In this document: positions 49,000 through 61,052 of the stretch, in pieces
Layout of the letters: each line of letters opens with the position of its first letter
How positions within the stretch are numbered: position 1 is the stretch's first letter
Origin: Takakia lepidozioides
Lineage: Eukaryota; Plantae; Bryophyta
Assembly (NCBI GenBank): GCA_030704615.1
Contig: CM060731.1
Span: 69,316,001 to 69,380,000 of the forward strand
Direction of reading: 5' to 3'
DNA length: 64,000 nt
The notes under the pieces: generated by a model
The model's input: only the letters and a program-made list of their open reading frames with translations
What the model was told of the DNA's origin: nothing
Databases searched by the model: none
Made by a program: the position numbers and the translations under genes

Positions 49000-51605
49000 G
49001 GAAACTAATTGTCTGCGGTAGAGCTGTTAATTGGTGGACCAATGAGATTAAACTCAAGATAGCTGAGAGACGAGTCCTTTATAAAGAGTGCTGCAATTTG
49101 AAAACCAACAAAGAATTGTGGGCGAGGTACTACCAGATCCGTAAAGATATCAATCTGCTTGTAAGGGCTCAGAAGAAATTATACTGGGACAAGTTATACA
49201 GTGAAATAAACTCAAAACACCATGGTGGTAATGACAAGAGATTCTGGTTGGCCCTTCAATGCTTGTACAAGCCGAAAAGCTGTCAACAAGTACAAGCGCT
49301 GAAGACTACTAAGGGTGCAGTGGTAACTTCATTGGTTGACATTGTCAAAACCTTTGAAACCCACTACAATATCCTTGGCAGAACTTCTAGGTCTAACAGT
49401 GAGGGGTCCTCTGATGAATGGAAGGACATAGTTGGTAAAACCGTTCCTATGATTCAAAACAGCCCTAATGAACTGGAGTATATTTCAAAATCCTACAACG
49501 CTCCCATTAGTTCTTCTGAGATTGTGGAAGCAATTGAACATCTAAATGGATATAAAGCAGGTGGTCCTGATGGCATAGTCAGCGAGCTTATCAAGCACAG
49601 TGGCGATCCCATGATAGAGGCCCTAGTTCTCCTCTTAAACCTTATCTGGAAGACTGAAATGATCCCCTTTCGCTGGCAAGAGGGGGTCATTGTCAATCTA
49701 TATAAGAAGGGTGATAGAGAAGACCTGGGGAACTATCGTGGCATCACGCTCCTCAATGCTGTTGACAAGATATTTTGTAGAGTTATAAGTACTCGTCTCG
49801 AGGTTGATCTGGAATCTAGAGGTTGTTTTCACGAAGGCCAAGTTGGCTTTCGGCGAAACAGGGGCTGTGTGGACCATATCTTCACTCTAAGCCAGATTAT
49901 CCAAGGATGGAAAAAAGAAAGGAAACCCACTTATGTTTTTTCTTGGATGTCAAAAAGGCTTATGACACAGTGTGGAGAGATGGTCTATGGCTCCGCCTCT
50001 GGTCTTGCGGAATCAAGGGAAAAATGTGGAGGGTTGTCCATAACTTGTATGCCACACCAAAAGCTGTGTCACTGTTAATGGACAGAAGTCTAACTTCTTT
50101 GACATAGACCAAGGTGTAGCTCAAGGATGTATGCTCTCCCCTCTGCTCTTCAATGTTTTCATCAATCAGCTCCTCGAGGATGTGGAACGTGAGGGATTTG
50201 GGTTAAGGGTGGGTGATGCCACCATTCCAGCCCTTATGTTTGCGGATGACTTCGCAAGCATAGAGGCATAGGGGAGACTCCTTCCAATCTCCAGGAATTG
50301 ATTGATTGCACGAAGAGATACTTTGATCGTGCTTTGATCTTTGGGGGCTAGAGGCTAATGTCAGTAAATGTGCTGTGGTGGCATTCAACGACAGAGGAGA
50401 GGGAGGAAGTGATCTCAAGTGGCAGTGGGGTAGCCAAGAGATCCCAGTCCTCCCTTCCTACACATACCTGGGCGTTGAGTTTTCCTCCAACTGTAACTGG
50501 GATACACACATCCAAAAAGTTGTTCAAACTGGAAAGGGCAAAGCGCTGAGTCTCACTAAATTTTTTCACTGCAGAGGGATTAACTCTAAGGTTAAGAAAA
50601 CCTTACTTTGCCGCGTTATTAGACCTGCCTTGGAGTACGGATATGCTATATGGGTTGATAACTCCAACCAGGCTAAGTCTCTAGAATCCATTCAAGTGGG
50701 GGTGCTTTAAGGAGTGCATGTCAGCATGCTCCAAAATAGCCAATGTGGCTGTTCGGGGTGAGTTTGGCATCCCTTCCTTAAGCTCCCGACGAGATGAATT
50801 CAATGTCAGATGGTGGGTCAGTTGCAACACATGTCCAACACCAGATACCCTAAGTTAATTGACTCTATATCTTGGAAACAGGACCGCCCTGTCAAACAGG
50901 CTAAGTCCTGGCAGAAGAGAGTAGAAGAGATTCTCAAGGATCTGAATATGGACCCGCAAGTTTTGACCTTGCTGGATAAATCTGACTTAGAGACTGTAGT
51001 GTCCAAAGCCATGTCTGTTACCAACAAATTGTCTGATGCAAATGAAGTTAGGCAGAAAACTTCCCTGAACCTGTTTCCAGTCTGTGACATGGGGGAGGAT
51101 ATCATGGATGACCTCAAGGGTCTACCCACTCTCGGCACTAGACTGAAATTTAAACTCAGGGCAGGAAGCCTACCTTTGAATAGTAAACAAAAGCAGAGAG
51201 GAAAGGGAGAGTGCAATTGCCCGTTGTGTGGGCAACCCGAAGACAATATTCATTTTCTGATTCACTGTCCGGGGTTCTCTCACCAGAGAGAAGCTCTCCT
51301 CCAATCTATCAAGAGAATTGTGCATGTACCTCTGTTAACCAACTTTGAAAGTCTCGAGGCTGAGCCAAAAGCCTAGGCCCTTCTGAGGCTAGGTTTTGGG
51401 CAAATCACACACAACAGATTGAGGCTTGTGTGAAGGGATTTCTAGAGGATATCTAGAAAACCCGAATTAATTCTATTTATAAAGGTAAGTCTTACTACCA
51501 ATGTCAACCCCTGACGGAGGTAGGTTCTGTCCCTTTGGTTTCTGCTCAAACTGGGCTTGGGGTCAATGGCCACAAGGCTACGGCAAACAACGTCTTATGA
51601 GTACA
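49000..51605 (+). mobile_element. 5'-truncated non-LTR retrotransposon (LINE) ORF2: RT plus C-terminal CCHC finger, frameshifted; 13-bp TSD
   Basis: KAGGPDGI, YKKGDREDLGNYRGITLL, QVGFRRNRGCVDHIF, LDVKKAYDTVWRDGL, GVAQGCMLSPLLF, LMFADD (~50234-50250), YTYLGV, CPLC..EDNIHFLIHC. TSD TTCTCTTGTTTGA at 48987-48999 and 51606-51618. Endonuclease domain not present. Confidence 0.95.
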
Positions 51606-52151
51606 TTCTCTTGTTTGACAGGCTCTTTGAGCTCTCGGCTGCAATCACACTGTGTTGTGCGAGAACACGTTACATATTGGAATCTTTGATGATCGTCTAT
51701 GACCTCTGTTTAGCCACCTCTCATCTTTTTATATTCTTGAATGTTTGCAGTGGATTATTGAGAGTGCGTTAGGACTGTGGATACACTCAAATTGAACTTT
51801 GAATCCATCACATTCTCTTGGATGTTGTTCATTGAAGTCGTCATGACTAGGAAGGCGGAGCCACTCGAAGCCATAGCATATTTTGTAGTATAATAATTGT
51901 AAAGAAAGGTGGCAACGTCTTGGTGACCCATGATACGTGACTACTCCACGGCCTATGGTTTTGGGAATTAAAACCTCGTACCATATCACCGAGACGTTGA
52001 CGCTTTTTTCTTATAATTGTTGTACCATACCCACCAAGATAAAGAAATTTCATGTAAACGTCAAAGTCACGGAGGAGAATAGAATAGATGTAGATGCCCG
52101 CCCATTTATTTTTTTCCATAAATTTATCAAGTAGTAATATATCCAATCATT

Positions 52152-52395
52152 ATTGATATTTCTCCCATCGAGGCTCCAATCACTGTCCCATGAAAGCCCA
52201 CTTTGCTATTTTTTTGCAAATTTCTACCGACCCAAAGTACTGGAAATTCGACATCTCCCACACCGCAGGTCCACAAATCATCCGGTACATCCCTCCTCAT
52301 CGAGGGTTTTCCAACGGTACCAAGCACCAGGGCTGGGGCCTCGCGGTTTGGGACATCTCAACGCTACAAAACAAAACAAAACAAACAAACAAACA
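52152..52395 (+). repeat. ~250-bp dispersed direct repeat, second copy ~55190-55415
   Basis: GAAAGCCCACTTTGCTATTTTTT..CCTCCTCATCGAGG..CCAAGCACCAGGG..GCTACAAAA(C)AAAACAAAAC at both sites. Confidence 0.85.
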
Positions 52396-52570
52396 AACCA
52401 TCTCCCTGTAGATATTGATGTTGAGCTTTTTAGTAAAACAAATAAAAAATAAATTACGTGTGATTTGAGATAAAGAATTATTTTAAATTCATAAAGGCAT
52501 ATTCAATGGAAAATCGTTAGAATACTTCTAGAAATGATTTGGTTTTGTTGTGAGCATGTTTCAATTTATA

Positions 52571-53015
52571 CTAGGGTAGCCTGCACATGTTGTTGGACCA
52601 AGTGTTCAGCGTCATCTAAGACCAACCGTAAGAACTTCTATGTATCCCAGTGCCTCTCCTACGTCGAGGCCCAAGTGCGATATCTAGGGTAGCCTGTGCC
52701 TTTGGCCAATGTGTGAAGAATGGAAATCTAAGACCAAGTTCAATTTCCTTAATATCCCAGTGCATCTCCTATGTTGAGGCCCAAATGCAACCTCTAGGGT
52801 AGCTTGTGTCGTTGGCCCAAGTGTCTAGTGTCATCTAAGCCCAAGTGCAAAATCTCATACGTATCCAACTGCGTCTCCTATGTTGAGGCCCAAGTGCGAC
52901 GTGTAGGGTAGCATGTGTCGTTGGCCTATCTGTGAAGAATTGAAATCTAAGCCCAAGTACAATCTTCTATGTTTCCAAGTGCTTCTCCTACGTAGAAGCC
53001 CAAGTGTGACCTCTA
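52571..53015. repeat. ~111-bp minisatellite x4 with alternating A/B units
   Basis: (C)TAGGGTAGC..TTGG..ATCTAAG..TCTCCTAYGT.GAGGCCCAAGTG starts near 52571, 52684, 52794 and 52904; partial units at ~53110-53170. Confidence 0.85.
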
Positions 53016-53262
53016 ATGTCATTCCAACACTTAATTTTGTAACTTAGCTGAATTTTCAGCGACCAAAATTCTCGGCCCGTAGGTCCAAATTTTGTGAAAC
53101 CAAGTCGGTCGGTCGTTGGCCAAAGTGTCCGATGTCATCTACGTCCTTTGGCCCATGTGTGAAGAATGAAATTGATATTCTAAAATGAAGTTGGATGACA
53201 AAGACTGTATGGTACATGTTTGGGCTAATGTTTAAAGAATATTGAGTGGTAAAAAAAAAAGT

Positions 53263-53443
53263 TTATTATTATTATTATTATTTTTGACGTCTCCCGAAGG
53301 AAGCGTAAATTGTGGTGTCTCTTCACCACAAGGGTTACTGCCTTCCAGTTGAAAGGTGGACACCTTCATGACACACCAGACCGTGGTTTGAACCCACAAC
53401 CACATCCAACGTGGTATGTGCCCATTACCACTGGGCTACACAC
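53263..53443 (-). mobile_element. tRNA-derived SINE
   Basis: Minus strand: A box TAGCCCAGTGG (53438-53428), B box GGTTCAAACC (53394-53385), (AAT)n tail (53263-53285), and degenerate flanking repeat TTGAGTRGTAA. Confidence 0.65.
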
Positions 53444-53496
53444 TTGAGTAGTAATATATGTCGGGTGAGTACAGGCTAAGGTGGCTCAGTTTGGAC

Positions 53497-54339
53497 CAAT
53501 GTTGGACTGATATCACAAAAATGTGATACCGGACTGGTCCTGGTATCGCAAGATGCCCACATTTCCCAATATTGGTATGGTCCTGGTAGAGGCGGGTAGG
53601 ATATAGGAGGGGTATCAATAACGTAAAATTGCGGATGTATATCAGTAGGATATCAATATTTGGTTTTTTCCATCTCATATTGGGGGAATAGGAATATTGC
53701 CCAGGTTGGTATATGAAATATTCAATATATTCAAGAAAATATTCAAATAACCTGAAAAAAAATTAAAAATTGACCTTCACAATGGATCACAATTACAGCA
53801 CAATGCAAATACATTTAGCAAGCTGGCTAGGGTCACGGGGGAGTGCCCCCTTAGTGAGCCTTCACGGCCTTCCTTGGTGGTTATTTTTTTCCACCTTTGT
53901 GACATATTTTTTCAATAATTTGATTAAAAGAGCCTCCATCCACTTTCCAAAAAAAAAAAAAAAACGTTACTCACACACATTGCACATTGCAAAAATATAC
54001 CATATCACACCTAAACTTTTTCACATTGCATATTGTACATTGAGTATCACAAAGATGCCATAAATTCCCATGAATTCCCTTGCCCTAACTCCACACATAC
54101 ACCTGCTGCGCCCTTTGGAGGCTCACATAGTAGCAATACTGGTATCAATAGCAATCTCGTCCATCGCAATACCAAACGAGTATGGTATATACCGCAATAT
54201 GGAGTGAGGTCCATATTGCCCCTAGTATGGTATTGCCCGGGTATTGGCCAACTTACCTACCAGCCGAGTATGGTCTTACCTACCCGGGTTGCTATCAGTA
54301 TTGATACCCGGGTTGGACCTATATACCGGTCCAACACTG
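53497..54339. mobile_element. Non-autonomous hAT element (MITE) with 8-bp TSD
   Basis: TSD GTTTGGAC at 53489-53496 and 54340-54347; TIRs CAATGTTGGACTGATAT / reverse-complement CAGTGTTGGACCGGTAT; GGTAT/ATACC subterminal motifs; no transposase. Confidence 0.92.
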
Positions 54340-55899
54340 GTTTGGACGTCACACTGTAGTTTTTCAGTGAGTATATTATTTGTAACATTGTGCAAATAAA
54401 TTTATTTTCATCCCAAATGAGATTGATTGTTGCTAGCTATCTACCATATCTACGTGTTGGTATGATTATTTTGCAAGTTAGATGATTTTTCATGGAGCTG
54501 TGGACTTTTTAGGACTTGCACTCTGGGCTGTCACATTCCCAGTTGGTACACAATTGGACTCTCAAACACTAATTTGCACTTAGCCATTTTACACATGGAC
54601 TCCGAATATAGATTACCGTTGAGGAATAATAGACATGGGTGAATTTGTAGACAATTTTATTTATTTATTAATGTGCTATAGACTTTTATATACCTCAAAA
54701 TATACCCAAAATTTCAAAAGTCCATGGTGTTCAAAAAATTTCAGATTTGGGTAGAACTCTTCGATGATAATATACAGGTTGTCATTATCTACAAGTTTTT
54801 ATAACTAGATGGACAAATGTCCCATAAAATTGGCTATAAAATTCTATAAAATTATAAAATAATATTTTTACTAAGACATATCTCAAATATTTAGGATGGA
54901 CTCCTTTACTAAAAATGTTAAGCATATCATTATCTATCAATATAAAAATATACCTGAACTTAACATACATTAATGTTTTTGCCCATGACTTTCGTGGAGG
55001 TCAGATTTGCCGTTTTTGAGCCACCTTGATCCTGCACTCACCCTGCAAATCCACCAAGTGCGTCTCCTATTGAGGCTTCATATATTGATATATCTCATGT
55101 CGTTCATATATTGTTCCATGAAAGTACTTTGCTATTCTTCACGAATTTCCAATGATCAAAAGCACTTGACATTCCAAATCTCCAACGTGAAAAGCCAATC
55201 AATGCTCTAGGAAAGCCCACTTTGCTATTTTTTGCAAATTTCCAATGACTAGAAGTACTTGAAATTCCATATCTCCCACATTTTAGGTCCAAAAATTATG
55301 AGAGTAAGCCGCTGCACCCCTCCTCATCGAGGCTTTCCAATGGCACCAAGCACCAGGGGCTGGCCCCGCAGTTTGGGAAATCTCAACGACGCTACAAAAA
55401 ACAAAACAAAACAAACTGCCTTGCTTCATATATTGATATTACAACATTATATATGTATATGATTCACTACTAAGAGGTGATGATCAATACTCATTTCCAA
55501 ACTTTTTGCTTCTTCTCTATTTTTGTCCAACAAAAAAGTCATCGCAAATATCGATATGCTACATGAATGCAAAGAATCACGAGATTTTGACAGAGTTCCA
55601 AGTAATTGAAGATTCGCATTGTCTTTAGCACTATATCCCAAATGAATTGTCAAAGGCAAGCGCAGTTGTTGTCGCTTATCTGGAGAACATCTTTGAAGAG
55701 CTGCACATAACACACGCCATTCTTGGCCTAAGACAATAAGTCTGAATGAACCCTATACAAGACCGTTTCACTTGAGGTTCAATTCCACCAAAAACAGATG
55801 AGCAGCTTACTTTTCCAAATGTTCAAGAGAACATGAGCATGAAGGGTAGCCCAAACAGGGCAGTGATTCCAGACAGATCAGAGCTAAAATTAAGGAGGA

Positions 55900-56390
55900 G
55901 TAATTTCTATAGGTGTTACCTGTCCTCCCACACTTTGCACCTTTTCCTTTCTATTTCCCAGTTTTCAACTATATTTCAATTGCTAGGTCCGTGATGAATC
56001 TACCAGTTATGTCTAACTACTACATTCTGTTGGTGTAGCATGAAATCATTGAGACTGATGAGTTGATGGAGTTGAAAAAGGACCTCGGAGACCTGGTCTC
56101 CACACTCACTCGTAGAATTAGAAGAGTACAATGCATCTGGAGGTATCCAACTGGGACTTCGAGAAGAACCAACAAATTGTAATGAAAGATTTGCTCATCC
56201 ATCTCAAGAAAAAGCTTGACGATATATCAAAGCCAGTGGAGGGTAAGGGCAAACGATTGAGAGAGGGCTGAGATCACAGTCGGGACCTGTAGTCCCTTCA
56301 CTGTATGGGTTGATGCGAGACTACTTCATACAACTTTTAAACTACATCTACAGTCCGCTGAATGATCCTCTGAACTAATCCTAAATAGCA
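55900..56390 (+). pseudogene. XH exon-8 remnant plus 3' flank
   Basis: Matches ~32870-33270 and ~58420-58900 with indels. Confidence 0.85.
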
Positions 56391-56394
56391 CACA

Positions 56395-57140
56395 AAGAGT
56401 ACTCCCAAACGGAGAGTAGATGCAACCACCTTTGCAAGAAACCCCAGAACCACGACAAGATGTGGAGTTGAGGGCTAGGACTCGGGTGCGATTCTGTTCT
56501 CTTCCGCTGTTTTGCTTCTGCAATCAAAGCACCCCGCTTGATCAGCGCGTTTGTGATCCCCCACACTGTCCCAATTGCGAAAAGCCATGGAACCACAGCC
56601 ATTTCGGGTGATCGGTACAAACTGTACGCAAACGCCTGTGGCAAAGACTGCAGTGGCAATGCTCATATAAACCTCATACTATCTAATATGATAACAGCTC
56701 TCACATCAAAACTCACTCCCCTTCTCCATGTTGTCTTCAGTTGTGAGCGAGATCTGTGTTAGGTTTCAAGTGGAAAGAGCACAGCAAGCTACTGATTGTA
56801 GACAATAATTTCTTCGGCTTGACCTTCCCAACTTTCAGCTGTGAAGAGCTAATATCAAAACTTGAACAGTATGCATTCACGAACAGACGTCACTAAGCGT
56901 AAAAATGCAATTATCAGGTTAGAATCTGACTAGTTTCTGTCTAAAGATGGACGCCAACAGTGAATGAAGATTGATGCGAAGGTAGGGGGCCTTATGCTAC
57001 TGTCAAGGTGGTAAGTGGTCAACCCCTTTAGATCTTCATCACTTTTCAGTGTGCCCGAGGCAAATCCCCCCTCACTTCTTTCCGCTATCTGCGAGTCCCC
57101 GTCCGACGAAGTAAATCGCTTCACACTTCCAAGTCTCTGG
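56395..57140 (-). pseudogene. TMEM234 5' half and upstream region duplicate
   Basis: MAVVPWLFAIGTVWG..WEYSL then truncated; matches ~60045-60815. Confidence 0.9.
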
Positions 57141-57145
57141 ATTTA

Positions 57146-58777
57146 TGGTAATCTCCCACTTTCTTCTTGTTCCACCTTGCCGCTCTTAGCCTTTGTCAGA
57201 AGGCTCTTCTTTCATTCAGAGTTTGCAGCAGCTCTCACAGCGCATGAAAATGGGCTCTAAAACCGGTGCTTCTCTCAGTTTGAGATGCTTCAACCACTAC
57301 CAAAAGCTGCGACCCTCAGGCACATTTCCCATCAAATCCATGCAGGATGAAATGCATTCTGAAAGGTCACAATCGACTTATTTTACTACTAAGTCCCACC
57401 ACCTCGGTGAGCGTTTCATGATGGCAATAGCCCTTCCTCCCTTGTCTTCCTTTCCCCTCCTCACTGCTTCATATTTGAAGGGTAAAAATGAGGAATTTGT
57501 TGTTGAAAGCAGTCACATGGTAATGGGGGGGGGGGGGGGATTTGTTGTCCTTCAGGTTTTGAGGAAATACGGTCCCCTATCTGAATTGGGTATCAAGCTT
57601 GCGGGGGAAATTAATAAGCAGCCTTGGGAAGCTGCCTGTAAGGAAAGGTACAAACATGACGGCGAAGGATGGGAAATGAGAATGGCTACTTTAATCTCCA
57701 AGTGGGAGCTCCTCTTTGAAAGACCACAATTTCCGGCCATTGAAGTGTGTGGAAGTCAGACCTGATGTTTTCAAGGTATGCTTTACTTTCTGAGCTGATG
57801 CTTCCCTTTTTGAGTTCTTTGGACCATGGATCTATATGCATGTCACATTGTCCATGGAATAGATAACTGTGGCTTGCTCTCTCTCCCTCTTTCTCTCCTT
57901 TTCTTTTTTCCTCTCCCTTGTTCTTGGACAGTGTGACCTGCACTATTGACAAAGCCACATTTGTCTCGAGCTAGAGGGCTGTAGCAGCATAGTTGCAATC
58001 AACATCCTACTTCCAGGTATGAAGTCAATCCAGTGGGTACATCAGTGAGTGACATGGTTTTGTCATTGGCGGTTTGAGAATTGATGGTACAGTAATTCAA
58101 TACATCTCTCACACCTTTGTGGTGGAACCCCCCAACCGGCTCCAGGATGTCCTAAGGGACTAAAGCCCTCAAGGTTGTGTCACCATCATTTGCAGGGACT
58201 GGTCAATAAGTACATTCTCTCATGGGTGCTGGCATCTTATGGGCTGTCAATGCTATCCTTAAACCAAGACTCGTTATATTTGCTACTGGGTTGTGTTTAG
58301 AGCTATGAATTCTGGTTGAGTTTTGTACCTTGTGGTCCCAAACGGGAAACTGACTCTTAAACTGTGGATTTATCTTGGACACTATGCCTCAAGTGTCCAT
58401 CAGAGGATCATTTCCATAGATGTTCTCCTTACCTGTCCTCCCGCACTTTGCACCTTTTCCTTTCTACGTCCCAGTTTTCAACTTTTATTTCAGGTGCTGG
58501 GTCCACGATGAATCTACCAGCTATGTCTAACTGTTACATTCTCTTGGTGCAGCATGAACTCATTGAGAATGATGAGTTGGTGGAGTTGAAAAAGGACCAG
58601 AGCTCTTAGAATTAGAAGAGTACAATGCATCCGGGAGGTATCCAATCGAGTTAGCCTGGGACTTCGAGAAGAACCAACAAATTGTCATGAAGGATTTGCT
58701 CATCCATCTCAAAAGAAAGCTTGACGATTTATCAAAGCCAGTGAAGGGTGAGGGCAAACGATTGAGAAGGGGCTGAG
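57146..58777 (+). pseudogene. XS-XH 3' duplicate (intron 6, exon 7, intron 7, exon 8), frameshifted
   Basis: Matches 31526-33260; 1-nt insertion in exon 7 near 57716 and a deletion in exon 8. Confidence 0.9.
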
Positions 58778-59797
58778 ATCACGTTGGGGACTCCAGTCCC
58801 TTCACTGTATGGGTTGATGCGAGACAACTTCATAAAACTCCTACGTCAAACTACATCTACAATACACTGAATGATCCTCTGAACTAATCCTGAATAGAAC
58901 ACAAAGGGCAGAAACCACAAAAGAAGGGCTCAACCTCCTTTGGTAGATTTCTCCAAACTCATTGTAGCATGGTTGCACACTTTGGCAGATTGTGGTGGAA
59001 ATGCCTGCTTCAAACTTTCATGCACATCACTGAAAGTGCAAGGGTTGTACTCATATTTGCCTTAGAAGCATCTGATAGACAGGCCTATCTCTCTCTCTCT
59101 TGACAGATGGCTGTCACCCCTCCGTTATGAATTGAGTTGGTTTAGTAGGGATTGAGTTGATTATGCCCAGTCGCATTTGAGTTGGTTGAGTACTTCTAAT
59201 TGCATGCTTCCATGGAATGCTGCACATGCATTGCAGGACTTTCTTCCCCACCCCCCCTTTCCCCGCCCACAAGAGACAGAAAAAAAAATAGCTTAAGATA
59301 TGATGCGAGAAAATACATTGCACCTTGGGGGCAGCCAAAAACCTTGATCACACCCGAGCCATGATTCCTACCCAAACAGGTTGAGCAATCATATCTCCCT
59401 CTCTGGGCTGTTTCTCCTCCTTGGAAAAAGAGAAAATATTAGAGAGATGTCTCCCTTTGCTGGGGGCACATGCATTGATGCACATGACTTTACGCTATCA
59501 GTCTGCAAGATTGTTGTCTAAGCAGTAATCTGGGGAGGGAGGAAGGTGGGGCCACTAAAAAGGGCAACTGTTTACTACAGCACCCTTGCAGCAATTGATC
59601 CCAGCGACGTCAGTATGGAACTGCCATAGCTCAGCTCTATCAGAGCCCACCACATACCATCTGCCTAGATTGAGCTTTACTCCAGCTGGTCTCAGATTGA
59701 ATATTAACAGTGATCGGATAGACCAAGTTGTAAGCCTTCCCGAGGGAGCGTGTCTCATCCAAAACTGCAAACTGTTAAGACTCTTCGAACCTGTTAT

Positions 59798-60250
59798 TCA
59801 AAGCAAATCGCTCGCTGACGCGAAGAAAAAATTAGGCGAGATGCAAAGCGTGACCCCTGCAATGATGAGAGACACCCCAACAAGTGTTTCCACGCCGCGC
59901 ATCTTTTCTCCCAGCAGCGCTCCTGCCACAGCAGTGACAGCGAAGGTGGTTGCATTCGTCACCGGCACCGCTATAGTGATGGGGCTATCGCCCAGCTTCA
60001 TAACGAAGAGAACCGACATCGACAGATTCAAAAGAAAAGGAAGAGAGTACTCCCAAACGTAGAGTAGATGCAACCACCTTTGCAAGAAACTCCAGAACCA
60101 CGACAAGATGTGGACTTGAGGGCTAGGGCTCGGGTGCGATTCTGTTCTCTTCCGCTGTTTTGCTTCTGCAATCAAAGCACCCCGCTTGATCAGCGCGTTT
60201 GTGATCCCCCACACTGTCCCAATTGCTAAAAGCCATGGAACCACAGCCAT
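59798..60250 (-). CDS. TMEM234: Transmembrane protein 234 homolog (DMT/EamA-like), no coding introns, 150 aa
   Basis: IGTVWGITNALIKRG, WEYSLPFLLNLSMSVLF, SPITIAVPVTNATTFAVTAV, LGE..GVSLIIAGVTLC. Confidence 0.9.
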   Translation of the reverse strand: MAVVPWLLAIGTVWGITNALIKRGALIAEAKQRKRTESHPSPSPQVHILSWFWSFLQRWLHLLYVWEYSLPFLLNLSMSVLFVMKLGDSPITIAVPVTNATTFAVTAVAGALLGEKMRGVETLVGVSLIIAGVTLCISPNFFFASASDLL

Positions 60251-61052
60251 TTCGGGTGATCGGTACAAACTGTACGCAAACGACTGTGGCAAAGACTACA
60301 GTCGCAATGCTCATATAAACCTCATACTATCTAATATGATAACAGCTCTCACATCAAAACTCAGTCCCCTTGTCCAGGTTGTCTTCGGTTGTGAGCGAGA
60401 TCTGTGTTCGGTTTCAAGTGGAAGGAGCACAGCAAGCTACTGATTGTCTGTCTGTGGTAGACAATAATTTCTTAGGGCTTGACCTTCCCAACTTTCGGCT
60501 CTGAAGAGCTAATCTCAAAACTTGAACAGTATGCATTCACGAACAGACGTCACTAAGCGTAAAAATGCATGATCTCAGGCTAGAATCTGGCTAGTTTCTG
60601 TCGAAAGATGGACGCCAACAGTGAATGAAGATTGATGCGAAGGTAGGGGGCCTTATGCTACTGTCAAGGTGGTAAGTGGTCAACCCCTTTAGGTCTTCAT
60701 CACTCTTCGGTGTGCCCGAGGCAAATTCTCCCTCACTTCTTTCCCCTATCTGCGAGTCCCCGTCCGACGAAGTAGAGCAGATTCCAAATCGCTTCACACT
60801 TCCAAGTCTCTGGATTTGGAATACATCTTCGATAGAAAGTTGCTATCTTACACTAGAGAGTCCAGACTGAGAGTTGTTTGTCGCCTTTGCCATGAAAGAT
60901 AGTAGTTTAGGAGAATTTCCTGGAGGTTGAATCATTGGGAACCTACGTAACTCTCAGCAGCGTCTGGATCTCCTTCCTCATAACAAAAAGAAGAGAGGGA
61001 GGATTGCGGTCGTCAAAATTGCATTTTCAGAGGCTAGCCCGGGTTGTGAGAA

